Positions 31,433 to 42,036 are shown, counted from the stretch's first letter. The stretch: DNA of 64,000 bases from Aquirufa sp. (GCA_040403415.1 JBBAKU010000005.1:49398-113397); one strand, 5' to 3'. The notes: a model not told the origin generated them from the sequence alone. Numbers and translations: made by a program.

Positions 31433-34400
31433 TTAGTTAGATAAGCGCTTTTTTAAGGCACTGTGGTAGATCAATGGGAACACTAATAAAATAAATAAAG
31501 TGGCGGTAACCAGTCCACCGATGATGACGATGGCCAACGGTTTTTGGCTTTCTGATCCAATTCCAGTACTTATGGCGGCTGGTAGCAAACCAATAGCTGC
31601 CATCATCGCTGTCATAATCACCGGACGCGTCCGCAGTTTCACCGCATTAAAAATAGCCGTCGCTAGATTAGGTTCTACCGTGGACTGATGGTGAATCTCA
31701 GAAATCAAAATCACCCCATTTTGGACACAAATACCAAACAAAGCAATGAATCCAACGCCCGCCGAAATTCCGAAATTCATTCCCGTAAAATGCAGCGCAA
31801 AAATTCCTCCAATCAAGGCAAACGGCACATTAATTAATACGTATCCTGCATCCTTTGCATTCCCAAAAAGTATGAATAAGAGCACAAAAATCAACAATAA
31901 ACTGATCGGAACCACTTGGCCTAATCGCGTGGTCGCACGCACTTGATTTTCAAACTCCCCGGCCCATCCCACGGTATATCCATCCGGCAATTTCACATTG
32001 TTCTTCACCTTTTCTTGAGCCTCCGCGATGGTTCCCCCGAGGTCACGATCCCGTACGGAGAATTTAACGCCAATAAAACGCTTTGTATTATCTCTGTAAA
32101 TGAAAGCTGGGCCAGTTGTTTTTTCTAAATCTGCAATCTCCTTTAACGGAATTTTTGTACCCTTAATGGTCGGAATCATCAAGCGCATAATATCATCATC
32201 TGACTTCCGGTATTCTGCCGCATACCGTAAACGAATGTCAAAACGTTTCTCTCCTTCGTATTTCGAAGTAGCCGTTTTCCCTCCTATCGCCATTTCAATG
32301 ACCGCTTGCGCATCTGCTTTCGTGACACCATAGATGGCCATTTTCTCCTCATCTAATAGAATACTCACCTCCGGCTGACCGATGTTGCGAAGAATCCCTA
32401 CATCCTTTACTCCATCCACATCTTTAATTTGATTAATGACGTTATTAGCAATCTCATCCAGTTTTGCCAGGTCATCCCCGTAAATTTTTACGGCATTCGA
32501 CGCGTTCATTCCCGCCACTGCTTCCGCCACATTATCGATGATGGGTTGGGAATAATTGTAATTAATTCCTTGGTAGTTTTTGAGTTTTTTGTCCATCTCA
32601 TTGACCAAACCATCGATGGTTAACTTACGTTTCCACTCTTCTTTAGGTTTCAAGTTGACCTGCATTTGGACATAATAAAAACCACTCGGATCTGTTCCAT
32701 CATTACTTCGACCTACTTGTGAAAGTACCCCATTCACCTCCGGAAACGTCCGCAATTCATTCCGTAGAATTTTTACCATTTTCACGGTCTCAGGCAAGGA
32801 AGTACTCATCGGTAATTTGGCTTCCACCCAAAGCGCTCCTTCATTCAAGGGGGGTAAAAACTCCGATCCTAACCAACGCGTAGAAAAAACAGAGAAACTA
32901 AACAGCGCGATAGAGAATAAGATCGTTATTTTCTGATGTGCAAAAGTCCAAGTAAAGGCTTTACCTACACTTCGGTTAATGAAATCGATGAAGAAATTGT
33001 GCTTCTCCTTCACATTTTTATTCAATAAAATCGAGCTTAAAACGGGGACTAAAGTCAAGGTAAAAATCAAAGCCCCTAACAACGCGAATCCTAAGGTATA
33101 GGCTAAAGGAGAGAACATTTTTCCCTCCACTTTTTGGAAAGCGAAAATAGGTAGCAAGGCAGAAATGATGATTAATTTCGAGAAGAAAATGGCTTTCCCA
33201 AGTCCCGTACCCGTCTTTTTAATCAAACTCATCTTCGCCAGTTTATTAAATGCCGGCATCCCTACCTGGTTCGCTCGATGATCCAAGGCCACGAATAAAC
33301 CTTCCACCATCACGACAGCACCATCAATAATAATCCCAAAATCTACTGCTCCTAATGACAGCAAATTCGCGGACATTCCTTTTAATTTTAAGCAAAGGAA
33401 AGCAAACAATAAGGCCAACGGAATAATGATGGAAACGATTACCGTCGTCCGCCAATCTGCCATAAAAATGAACACAATCAAGGTTACTAAAATGATTCCT
33501 TCTAATAAATTGTGCATGACCGTTTTAGTACAGTAAGCCATTAAATTATCCCGGTCATAGAAAGTCACCATCTTCACATCTGATGGTAAAACCTTGTCAT
33601 TTAATTCCGCAATTTTTACTTTCAATCGCTCTAAAACATCGCTTGGATTCTCGCCTTTGCGCATCACCACAATCCCTTCCACCACATCATCATTATCATT
33701 TAAACCTACTTGTCCTACACGCGGCATATTGCTGATAATCACATTCGCGACATTCTTCACTAATAGCGGATTCCCGTTATTGTTATCCACAATCGTGTTC
33801 TCGATATCTTCTATTGTTTTAACTAATCCTATCCCGCGAACAACAAACGCCTGTCCGTTTTTTTCAATCACATCACCCCCCACATTCAGATTAGATTTAG
33901 TGATTGCCGTATATAATTCCAAAGGCGTTAAATCGTATTTCTGTAACTTAACAGGATCGATAGCGATTTCATAGGTCTTCTCTCTACCCCCAAAAGCCAC
34001 GACATCAGCTACGCCCGGAACCGCCCGTAATTGCCGGTCAACTGTCCAGTTTTGAATTGTAAGTAATTCTCTCGAATCCCTATCCTTGCTTTGCAAGGTA
34101 TATCGGAAAATTTCACCGGTAGGTCCGTAGGGCGGTTGAACGTCCGGCTCCACTCCTTCCGGAAGCTGAATCGTATTTAAGAGATTATTGACCTGTTGTC
34201 GGGCAAAGAAGTCCTCCACATCATCTTCAAAAATGACCTTGATAACCGATAAACCAAACATCGTGATACTCCGTACATTCGTTTTCCGCTGCACTGAGTT
34301 CATCGCAATTTCGATAGGAGTCGTGACGAACCGCTCCACCTCTTCCGCACTTCGTCCATTCCATTCCGTCACCACAATAATCTGGGTATTGGTCACATCA

Positions 34401-34528
34401 GGGAATGCCTCGATCGGAATGTTCACGTAGCTAATAATACCACCCAAGGTCAAAATACTCACCCAGAAAAAGGTGAAAAATTTATTCTTAAGCGAAAAGG
34501 CCAATAAGTTTTTAATGAATTTATTCAT
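31433..34528 (-). CDS. czcA: CzcA/CusA family heavy-metal efflux RND permease
   Basis: IEAFPDVT, TM4 GAVDFGIIIDGAVVMVE (D-D-E relay), GSEFLPPLNEG, RTRPVIMT. Confidence 0.93.
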   Translation of the reverse strand: MNKFIKNLLAFSLKNKFFTFFWVSILTLGGIISYVNIPIEAFPDVTNTQIIVVTEWNGRSAEEVERFVTTPIEIAMNSVQRKTNVRSITMFGLSVIKVIFEDDVEDFFARQQVNNLLNTIQLPEGVEPDVQPPYGPTGEIFRYTLQSKDRDSRELLTIQNWTVDRQLRAVPGVADVVAFGGREKTYEIAIDPVKLQKYDLTPLELYTAITKSNLNVGGDVIEKNGQAFVVRGIGLVKTIEDIENTIVDNNNGNPLLVKNVANVIISNMPRVGQVGLNDNDDVVEGIVVMRKGENPSDVLERLKVKIAELNDKVLPSDVKMVTFYDRDNLMAYCTKTVMHNLLEGIILVTLIVFIFMADWRTTVIVSIIIPLALLFAFLCLKLKGMSANLLSLGAVDFGIIIDGAVVMVEGLFVALDHRANQVGMPAFNKLAKMSLIKKTGTGLGKAIFFSKLIIISALLPIFAFQKVEGKMFSPLAYTLGFALLGALIFTLTLVPVLSSILLNKNVKEKHNFFIDFINRSVGKAFTWTFAHQKITILFSIALFSFSVFSTRWLGSEFLPPLNEGALWVEAKLPMSTSLPETVKMVKILRNELRTFPEVNGVLSQVGRSNDGTDPSGFYYVQMQVNLKPKEEWKRKLTIDGLVNEMDKKLKNYQGINYNYSQPIIDNVAEAVAGMNASNAVKIYGDDLAKLDEIANNVINQIKDVDGVKDVGILRNIGQPEVSILLDEEKMAIYGVTKADAQAVIEMAIGGKTATSKYEGEKRFDIRLRYAAEYRKSDDDIMRLMIPTIKGTKIPLKEIADLEKTTGPAFIYRDNTKRFIGVKFSVRDRDLGGTIAEAQEKVKNNVKLPDGYTVGWAGEFENQVRATTRLGQVVPISLLLIFVLLFILFGNAKDAGYVLINVPFALIGGIFALHFTGMNFGISAGVGFIALFGICVQNGVILISEIHHQSTVEPNLATAIFNAVKLRTRPVIMTAMMAAIGLLPAAISTGIGSESQKPLAIVIIGGLVTATLFILLVFPLIYHSALKKRLSN

Positions 34529-34537
34529 CTCAATCTG

Positions 34538-35788
34538 TTAAAATTCGGTGTGTACTCTGATTGCCCAAACTGCTACGGGCCCTCTATCTTTATTGTATCC
34601 AGGATTCACAACGTATTGAAAATCCGGTGAAAGTGTCACGCGCGTATTCGGTATTTCAAACGAATAAAACGCCTCTAAAATACCCTCTTGCCCATAATTA
34701 AGATTTCCATCCCCGATCATGAAGCCATTGCCTCCTAGCTTTTGGTAGGTTTGGTGCGAGGCGGACAAGCCATTAGAAACCCAAGCGATGCCTGCGAAAT
34801 CTGTAGGTCTTTTCCATAGTTTACCCCAAAAATGAAAACCCAAAGAAGCCGCCGCATCTATTTCTGTAAACGCCCAGGTCTCATTCTTCCCATCATTCCA
34901 CCCTACCCGGGCGAAAGCACCCCAAAGGTCGCTGTGCGTTAATTCGGCATTCATACCCCAGCCTCTTTTCGTCCGAAAAGGACTACGGCTTAACGTTATA
35001 TCAGGCTTTGTACCCACCTGCATGTTAGCTTGATCATAATTCCCCATCCCTGCCCGATTCTGAAAAGCTAAGAATCGAATAACGCCGGAATAGGTTTCAT
35101 TCACTTTAAATGGCTTTGTGAATTCCACATTAATCCCATTCGCCTGATCATATTGGTAATCTAAATCGGGTCCATTTGCTGAGGTCGGAACCGCGGTAAA
35201 GGAACCTCGCATAGAAAATTTCGGGTTCGAGTATTCCACATAAATTCCAGACGTATAGCCTCTGGTATTCGCAGCATAATCCCAGCTTCCTTGCGCCATC
35301 AAAGACCAGTTCATAAAATGTGCCCGGGGATCATGCGAATAGGTATTAAAATCAAAGTAATCGGCTAACCCAAACTTCCCCACCACAACCTTTAAATTCC
35401 GATCCTTTTTCAGATCAAAATCCTGACTCACAAACAAGCGCGCTAGATAAACAACGGGTTCTGGATTTCCAACTCGGAACGTTTCCCCGTTCGTAAATCC
35501 ACCAAGACCTTTGGCCTGTGACAAACCTTTCCCTCCTGACAATTCCGGATTAAAGGTGACATTAGCCCCTTTCCACAGCGGCATATCAAAAAACAAGGTG
35601 GACGTTAACGACATCGCCCCTTCCTCCACATTCTGCAAACTATTATCGCCAGAATAACGCGCATTAAAGGCATCGTGATATTGGTAAATAGCGGTCTGCT
35701 GAAAATGAAGACGGTAGCTAGACTTCGTCGAATCGGATTGGCTATGTCCTAAAAAAGGCAATAAAAGAAAACAAAACCACTTAGTCAT
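34538..35788 (-). CDS. Carbohydrate-selective porin (OprB family), MnoP-like
   Basis: NPELSGGKGLS...GGFTNGE, FMNWSL..QGSWDYAANTRGY, GDGNLNYG.E, NPGYNKDRGPV, terminal Phe. Confidence 0.82.
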   Translation of the reverse strand: MTKWFCFLLLPFLGHSQSDSTKSSYRLHFQQTAIYQYHDAFNARYSGDNSLQNVEEGAMSLTSTLFFDMPLWKGANVTFNPELSGGKGLSQAKGLGGFTNGETFRVGNPEPVVYLARLFVSQDFDLKKDRNLKVVVGKFGLADYFDFNTYSHDPRAHFMNWSLMAQGSWDYAANTRGYTSGIYVEYSNPKFSMRGSFTAVPTSANGPDLDYQYDQANGINVEFTKPFKVNETYSGVIRFLAFQNRAGMGNYDQANMQVGTKPDITLSRSPFRTKRGWGMNAELTHSDLWGAFARVGWNDGKNETWAFTEIDAAASLGFHFWGKLWKRPTDFAGIAWVSNGLSASHQTYQKLGGNGFMIGDGNLNYGQEGILEAFYSFEIPNTRVTLSPDFQYVVNPGYNKDRGPVAVWAIRVHTEF

Positions 35789-36863
35789 TGAGCGCATCAT
35801 AGATTAACATTCCATTCTTAGAGATTACTTTGTCTCCTTTAGCCAGACCTGAGCTGATGTAGGTAATATCGCCTAAGGATCGATACACTTCGACTAAACG
35901 CGTTTCGATATTTGACCTATCTTTGAAAATCATCACCCAGTTTTTGCTCTTATCAAAAATCACAGACGACGACGGAACCGCAATCATTTGTTCGTGTTCT
36001 GAATAGGCCACGTTCACCGTCGCATTCATCTCTGGCTTTAATTTGTAATTCGCATTCGGAATACGTACACGCACTTTCATCGCTTTTGTATCAGGGTCAA
36101 TTTCCGTGAATATCTTGTCAATTTTCCCTTTGTAGATTTCATCTGGATAACTCAAAGTCGAAACCGATGCATCAAATCCCACTTTCACGCGAGGAATGTC
36201 ACTTTCGTTCACATTCGCCATGGCCCAGACCTCGTTGATTTCTGCAATCGAGAACAATACATCTGATTTATCTGCTCTGATTTGTTCGTTAATGTTAATG
36301 TCTTTTTGGACAATAAATCCATTAATCGAGGCTGTAATATTATATAGAGAACCCTTCTTCAAGTTATAAATACTGAAAACCTCATTGATACGAGCGAGTT
36401 CCGCTTGTTGTCTTTCTAGTTCGCGTTGGGCTGCAATGACATCTTTCTCAGATGACAATTTCCCTTTGAAGAGATCCTTTGCTACCTGCAAGTTTTTCTC
36501 AGCTACGGCGACATCTCCATACGCATCCAAGCGATCACGTTCATAAGCCGCCACTTCTCCGCTTCGAATCACCGCTAACACCTGTCCCTTTTTAACATAA
36601 TCCCCTAATTCCACATTGATTTTAATCACGTTACCTCCCACAATGGAGAATACCTGTGCCTGCTTGTTGTTATCGGCTTGAATCTTGCCAAAAAGCCTCA
36701 AATCATTTTTAACCTCTTTCAGGTCTGCGTTATAAAATTCGCATTTCGCAAGCATCGTATCGCTTAATCGAAACGCAGATGCTTGTTCCGCTTCTTTCTT
36801 TTCTTTCGTACAAGCACTCGCTAAAAAGAGTGCTGCTAATAGGAGAATGGTATTATTTTTCAT
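35781..36863 (-). CDS. czcB: RND efflux periplasmic adaptor (CzcB-like), lipoprotein
   Basis: Lipobox LASAC; VELGDYVKKGQVL and LKPEM motifs. Confidence 0.88.
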   Translation of the reverse strand: MKNNTILLLAALFLASACTKEKKEAEQASAFRLSDTMLAKCEFYNADLKEVKNDLRLFGKIQADNNKQAQVFSIVGGNVIKINVELGDYVKKGQVLAVIRSGEVAAYERDRLDAYGDVAVAEKNLQVAKDLFKGKLSSEKDVIAAQRELERQQAELARINEVFSIYNLKKGSLYNITASINGFIVQKDININEQIRADKSDVLFSIAEINEVWAMANVNESDIPRVKVGFDASVSTLSYPDEIYKGKIDKIFTEIDPDTKAMKVRVRIPNANYKLKPEMNATVNVAYSEHEQMIAVPSSSVIFDKSKNWVMIFKDRSNIETRLVEVYRSLGDITYISSGLAKGDKVISKNGMLIYDALND

Positions 36864-36865
36864 GC

Positions 36866-38113
36866 TTAAAATTGTTCTTTCCCTGTGCTTAATTTAATTT
36901 GTTCGATGGAAGTAGCTAACTGAATTTTCGTTCGCGCCATTTCCGATAAGGCATTGTTATAGGATTCGAAGAAATCGACGAATTCAAGGACGCTGACATT
37001 CCCTTTTTGGAAATTATCCGACATTCCTTTCAGTGTAATTTCAAAATCATCATTATACAATTTCGAATTCTTCATGTATTCCTTGACCGTTTGCTGGTAT
37101 TGCAAATACGTCCCATTTACCTCCGCTATGACTTGACTTTTCAATCCCTCGTATTCGAAATTTTTCGATTGAATTTGGGCCTGTGCCGTTTTAATATTTC
37201 CCTGATTTTTATTCCAAAACATCAAAGGGACCGCAAAACCTAGATTCACTTGTCTTTGAAAAGCACCTCCTCGTTGGTCATAAGACGCAAAAAGGGTGAT
37301 ATCCGGTTTAGCTAATTTCTGTTGTAGCGAAAAATATTGCTGTGCAAATACCAGGTCTTTTTGGCTCATTAATAAGTCAGGACGATTCGCAATGGCTTCC
37401 TGGTAGAGAACTTCGACGTTTACAGGTAGCACAAAAGCGCGAATTTCAGCCTCTGAGACGATGGGCGAGACAATTTTTTTCGTTTGTAAGAGCGTTTGTA
37501 CTTTCACCATTTGGTCAAAATAATCCCCATAAATGGCCGCGCGCTCATTACTCAGGTTCAAATAGACGCCTTTTAAACGGACTAGATCCTTTAACGGAAT
37601 ATTTCCTTTAGGCACCTGATTTTCATAAGCTGAGACAATCTCATCCAATAAACTCAATTGTTTATCGTATTTGCTGATCAAAACCTGTTTTTGACTTAAT
37701 AGAAAAAGTCCCGTGTGTAATTGAAATTTCAATTGGCGCAGTAGATCCTGCAGCGCTAATTCCGCCATTTGGGTGGAGGTTTTTGCCAAATCGATTTGAG
37801 CTTTGCGTTTCCCGCCTAGCAGAATCAATTGCTCTAATTGTACACTTTGTTGTCCACCGGAACCGACATGAAAAGCCTGCTTATTCTCTGGGTCAATGGC
37901 GTTAAAATCTGCCGTTAAAACGGGATTGGGATAGAGCTTGGCTTGAATTTCTTGAGCCTTTTGGGCCACAATGTTCATCGAGGAAGCCATTAATTGAAAA
38001 TTAGCGGCTAAGAACATTTTATCTGCTTGACCGATCGTGATGGAAAGCGTATCTCCTTGTGAAAAACCAGTAAATAGAGTGAAACAGAATAAGATCGATA
38101 GTTTAATGCGCAT
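36866..38113 (-). CDS. czcC: TolC family outer-membrane factor (CzcC-like)
   Basis: QAKLYPNP, NRPDL, WNKNQGNI; first gene of the RND operon. Confidence 0.85.
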   Translation of the reverse strand: MRIKLSILFCFTLFTGFSQGDTLSITIGQADKMFLAANFQLMASSMNIVAQKAQEIQAKLYPNPVLTADFNAIDPENKQAFHVGSGGQQSVQLEQLILLGGKRKAQIDLAKTSTQMAELALQDLLRQLKFQLHTGLFLLSQKQVLISKYDKQLSLLDEIVSAYENQVPKGNIPLKDLVRLKGVYLNLSNERAAIYGDYFDQMVKVQTLLQTKKIVSPIVSEAEIRAFVLPVNVEVLYQEAIANRPDLLMSQKDLVFAQQYFSLQQKLAKPDITLFASYDQRGGAFQRQVNLGFAVPLMFWNKNQGNIKTAQAQIQSKNFEYEGLKSQVIAEVNGTYLQYQQTVKEYMKNSKLYNDDFEITLKGMSDNFQKGNVSVLEFVDFFESYNNALSEMARTKIQLATSIEQIKLSTGKEQF

Positions 38114-38152
38114 AGTATTTTTGGTACAACGCGCGAAGTTGACTAATTCGAA

Positions 38153-38169
38153 CTTAAAAAGGCCTTAAA
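38153..38169 (-). promoter_or_regulatory. Putative OmpR-family response-regulator box
   Basis: Minus strand TTTAAG-N5-TTTAAG (11-bp period) upstream of czcC. Confidence 0.4.
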
Positions 38170-38174
38170 GTCCT

Positions 38175-39545
38175 TTATTTATTTCCTAGAGGGAAAAACA
38201 AGGTGAATTTATTGAGGGCTGTGGAAGGGGATTCGTATTGAACTTCTCCTCCATGTAGCTGAATAATCTTATTAACCAAAACCAGGCCCAGGCCAAAACC
38301 GCGCTTTCCTTGACTATTATCTCCTCTAAAAAAGTGTTGAAATAGGAAAGGAATCTCCTCTGTCGCGATGCTTTTACCTTTGTTAGAAATTTGAATGAGC
38401 AATTTTCCTCGTTGGTTTTTAAAATAGATTTGAGCGCGGTGATCAGAAGCATAATTCACACAATTCAGCAATAAGTTTTGAATCACCATTTTTAATAAGC
38501 GCAGATTCCCCTGCACAGAAAGTCCATGTACGGACTCGATTTTCTCGTCAAATTGCACGTCAAACTTGAACTTCGGATGGATTTTTTTGAGCTCAGAAAC
38601 CCAGTCGAAAACGAGTTCATCTAATCGAACTTCTTGGAAGGTCAGGTTCGAATGCGTCTCTACTTTGGCAATCTCCAGCAAGGCATTAATCATATCCCCT
38701 AAGAGTTTTGTATCCTCTTTTTGTTCCGTGATTCCCTTCTTTAGTAGAGCTAGATCTGGCTCTTTTTCCAAGCGTTCTAAATTAGACACGAGTATGGAAA
38801 TCGGCGTTTTTAATTCGTGGGAAATGTGGTGAACCGCGTGCTTTTGGAATGAAAACGAATCTTGTAATCGCTTCATCAATTCATTGAAACGACTCGTAAG
38901 TAAAAAGATCTCATCTTTCGCTTCTGGAATAGGCAATAAGTGATTTGCCGTCTCCACATTGATAATTTTTAATGCCGCGGCCATGGAAATAATGGGCTTG
39001 GTAATCTGGTTAGCTAAGACAAAAGAACTAATTAAAATGAGCGCTGAAATAAGGCCAAATAAAACCAGCAAAGTATACTTTAAAAAGGCCAATTTAGAAA
39101 ATCCAAAGACGTCATAGGCCTTCGTTATTCCATAAAAGACCTCTTTATTAAAGACAAAATAAACCCCTACCACATCGGTGTCTCCTTCGCGACTTTCTAA
39201 CACCGGTTTTTCTGGACTTAAGTTGTGTAACATATCCGCAGAAAAGGCAATTTTCGTGTCATTTAAACTCGAATAAATGACCTGCTTTTGCGCATTAAAA
39301 AGCAGCGTTCTTTCTTGGTATAACTTGTTAATAGTCAATAGATTCATTGACTGTAACACGTTGTGATTTAGTAGTTTTGCCTCCGATAAATCTGTAATCG
39401 TCGAAATCGTATGGTCCTTAATTCGCTGTTGGTATTCTTCTCTGCGGTAATTAGAGAAAACCGCGAAAATCAGCAAAAAAGCAAAGCCAATCACGGAGAT
39501 AGACAAAGCCGAAAAATAGATGAGAATGCGTTGGCGTATGTTCAT
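38175..39545 (-). CDS. HAMP-domain sensor histidine kinase
   Basis: Two TM helices, HAMP, SHELKTP H-box, FFRG and GFGLGL boxes. Confidence 0.93.
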   Translation of the reverse strand: MNIRQRILIYFSALSISVIGFAFLLIFAVFSNYRREEYQQRIKDHTISTITDLSEAKLLNHNVLQSMNLLTINKLYQERTLLFNAQKQVIYSSLNDTKIAFSADMLHNLSPEKPVLESREGDTDVVGVYFVFNKEVFYGITKAYDVFGFSKLAFLKYTLLVLFGLISALILISSFVLANQITKPIISMAAALKIINVETANHLLPIPEAKDEIFLLTSRFNELMKRLQDSFSFQKHAVHHISHELKTPISILVSNLERLEKEPDLALLKKGITEQKEDTKLLGDMINALLEIAKVETHSNLTFQEVRLDELVFDWVSELKKIHPKFKFDVQFDEKIESVHGLSVQGNLRLLKMVIQNLLLNCVNYASDHRAQIYFKNQRGKLLIQISNKGKSIATEEIPFLFQHFFRGDNSQGKRGFGLGLVLVNKIIQLHGGEVQYESPSTALNKFTLFFPLGNK

Positions 39546-40234
39546 AGGACATCGAGATAATAACCAAAACCAATCTTAGTTTTAATCAATTGTTTAGAAA
39601 AAGGCTTATCAATCTTCTTGCGTAAAAAATTAATATACACTTCAATCGTATTATTGTGTTCATCCAAAGAACCTCCCCAAATCTGTTTATTTAATTCTTT
39701 TTTCGTCACCATTTTACCCTTCGCTTTCACCAGCATGAGCAGTAAATTAAACTCCCTTGGAGTTAAATTAATGTCTTGTTTAGCGCGCGCAACAGCATTC
39801 GTTGACACATTAATGCACAAGTCTTCCACCCAAATCAAAGAAGGCTGTTCTGTCTGCTTATTCGCTCTTTTCAACAATGATTTAATACGCGCTAACACCT
39901 CCACCATGAAGAATGGCTTCGTCAAATAATCGTCCGCCCCCATCTCGAATCCCTTCATTTTATCCTCCAGCTCATCATAAGCCGTCAACATCAAAATAGG
40001 GGTTTGGGTATTGCGTTTTCTAAACTCTTGACAAATATGGTATCCGTCAAAGTCCGGTAAATTCACATCTAAAATGAGCAGATCGAACGAGCCACTTTCT
40101 AGCACGGAGAGTGCTTCATTTCCTGTAAACACACATTGGATTTGAAACCCTTCCTGAGACAGGAAATCAGCTAGATTCTGACTAATGCTGCGATCGTCCT
40201 CAATCAATAAAAGCGTAGGCGCATTTTTCATCAT
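39542..40234 (-). CDS. OmpR family response regulator
   Basis: IEDD, ILDVNLP, GADDYLTKPF, LTPREF, EVYINFLRKKID. Confidence 0.94.
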   Translation of the reverse strand: MMKNAPTLLLIEDDRSISQNLADFLSQEGFQIQCVFTGNEALSVLESGSFDLLILDVNLPDFDGYHICQEFRKRNTQTPILMLTAYDELEDKMKGFEMGADDYLTKPFFMVEVLARIKSLLKRANKQTEQPSLIWVEDLCINVSTNAVARAKQDINLTPREFNLLLMLVKAKGKMVTKKELNKQIWGGSLDEHNNTIEVYINFLRKKIDKPFSKQLIKTKIGFGYYLDVL

Positions 40235-40278
40235 CAGCAGAGAAGGAGTATGCCTCCAATTTATTCATTTTTTCTCAT

Positions 40279-40313
40279 AAAAAGGTGCTGAATCTACTAT
40301 TTCAGCACCCTTT
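40279..40313 (-). terminator. Intrinsic terminator after the porin gene
   Basis: GGTGCTGAA-N8-TTCAGCACC with a T-run on the minus strand. Confidence 0.7.
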
Positions 40314-40317
40314 CTGA

Positions 40318-41661
40318 TTAAATAAACAATTGAAATTGCAGCGTCACCGAATTCAAGCGTTGGCCTTTCACTAGCTCGCCTTGGTTCACTTGGAAGCTCG
40401 GGCGGTTTTGAAAGTCTAGACTTAACTTCGATTTATTGCCTTGAATGTAATAATTGATCCCCGCGTTAAAGGTGTTATTCGAGAAGCCGTTTAATCTATC
40501 ATAGCTTGCCAAAGTCGCAGACGCATACGGCATCCAGCGATTCGACATACTCGCATTTTTCGACGGCAATAAATACCCTATTTGCGTATATACCACCGAT
40601 CCCGTACCGAACATCGGGTAGCTATTTCCATACACCGGACCCTGCCCGTTGATTGAGTTAGCCGACGTCGCTGTGGTCCCATTTGCTGGATTCATCACTC
40701 CATTATAGCGCAAATAATTCGTTCCATAATTCGTGTTAAAATAACCGATGTACGCATTCAGTGCACTGTGTTTTTCCTTGTTCAAAGGAATATCCACGAA
40801 ACTCTCGATCGCCCAATGTGCCATATTTTGGTAGGTGGTATCTGGTGATGCGGCGGCTTTATTCCACATGGCATCCTTTTGGTAAATGAACCCTCCCGCA
40901 ATATTGACAATCTTTTTAGTTCCTAAATACGAACCCGTCATGTACGGAGTGGTATGTGCTTCTTGTTCAAAAAACTGGTAGATCAAGTAAGCTTGGTGTT
41001 GTAAGTTGTGACCCTTCAACGCAAAGTTCGAAACCGGCGCGAGCGCCGGTGGCGTCTGGCCATTCGACGTGATAGGGAAAGGATCACTTAGAATATATCG
41101 GTAATCCCAGTGCCCGATTTGGCCCCTAGCATAGACACTTAATTTGCGCGAAAACTGATCGATTTGATCCACAGTTGTTTGTGCAAATACGGGCACATCC
41201 ATCGTCGTTATCGTCCCGATGCTGGGTTGTGAAAAACGAGATAAGCCTGAAATAATACTCAAGCCTCCACCCACTTTCAATTGATTTTTATCGGAAATCC
41301 GGTATTCGCCTAGGGCATCGTGGAAGAAAGGCGCGATTTTGCGGTTCGAAGTGGAGTTGTATTGGGCGTTGAAATTATTTTGGCCAAACTGAAAATAAAT
41401 AAACGTCCGGTCCGTAATCTGACCGAACAACTGCATCCGCGTTCTGCGCAAACCAATATCCGTGGATTGCGATTCCTGGTTTCCCTCCACGGTAGTACCG
41501 GGATTATTTTCTGTAGAACGTAACCAAACCTGGTTTAATAAAGTGGCCTGAAAATAATGGGTCCCACTTTCGTTCAATTTAAATTTTAACGCTTCATTAT
41601 CTGCTTGCGCAAATGCGGACATTAGGGGGCTGATCAACAAGATCAATATTAATTTTTTCAT
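40318..41661 (-). CDS. Outer-membrane porin-like beta-barrel protein
   Basis: Signal peptide AFA-Q; DIGLRRTR as in phosphate/amide-porin-like barrels; C-terminal LQFQLFI. Confidence 0.7.
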   Translation of the reverse strand: MKKLILILLISPLMSAFAQADNEALKFKLNESGTHYFQATLLNQVWLRSTENNPGTTVEGNQESQSTDIGLRRTRMQLFGQITDRTFIYFQFGQNNFNAQYNSTSNRKIAPFFHDALGEYRISDKNQLKVGGGLSIISGLSRFSQPSIGTITTMDVPVFAQTTVDQIDQFSRKLSVYARGQIGHWDYRYILSDPFPITSNGQTPPALAPVSNFALKGHNLQHQAYLIYQFFEQEAHTTPYMTGSYLGTKKIVNIAGGFIYQKDAMWNKAAASPDTTYQNMAHWAIESFVDIPLNKEKHSALNAYIGYFNTNYGTNYLRYNGVMNPANGTTATSANSINGQGPVYGNSYPMFGTGSVVYTQIGYLLPSKNASMSNRWMPYASATLASYDRLNGFSNNTFNAGINYYIQGNKSKLSLDFQNRPSFQVNQGELVKGQRLNSVTLQFQLFI

Positions 41662-41715
41662 AAAATAGACTGGTTTAAATTAGACGAATTGAATAAAGGA
41701 AATGGTCTAATTGTA

Positions 41716-42036
41716 CTACAGTCTTAAATTATGGAAACGTACATAAGCGGGGGTTTTCGTCTGCAAATTTTGCGCATTCAGAAAAAGCACAAAAAAAGGA
41801 ATAAAAAAGAGGAGTTTAGATTTCCAATCAAACGTAGATGGCAAACTGAAAAATGAAAGGGCTTCATCTTCTACTTCATCCTCTAATTCAATGGCCACCA
41901 TGGCATCAGAATGATCCGTAGTGGTATGTAGGAACGCGCGGGATGATGACTGAAAATGAGGAGACGTAGATACGCGTTCGCCTAGCAGTACAAAACTGCA
42001 AATCACGATAAGCTGTAAAATCCACGCTTTTTTCAT
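41716..42036 (-). CDS. Small hypothetical protein (TM, His/acidic patch, C-terminal YVRFHNLRL)
   Basis: 106-aa ORF co-oriented with neighbours; HTTTDHSD and ELEDEVEDE. Confidence 0.6.
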   Translation of the reverse strand: MKKAWILQLIVICSFVLLGERVSTSPHFQSSSRAFLHTTTDHSDAMVAIELEDEVEDEALSFFSLPSTFDWKSKLLFFIPFFVLFLNAQNLQTKTPAYVRFHNLRL

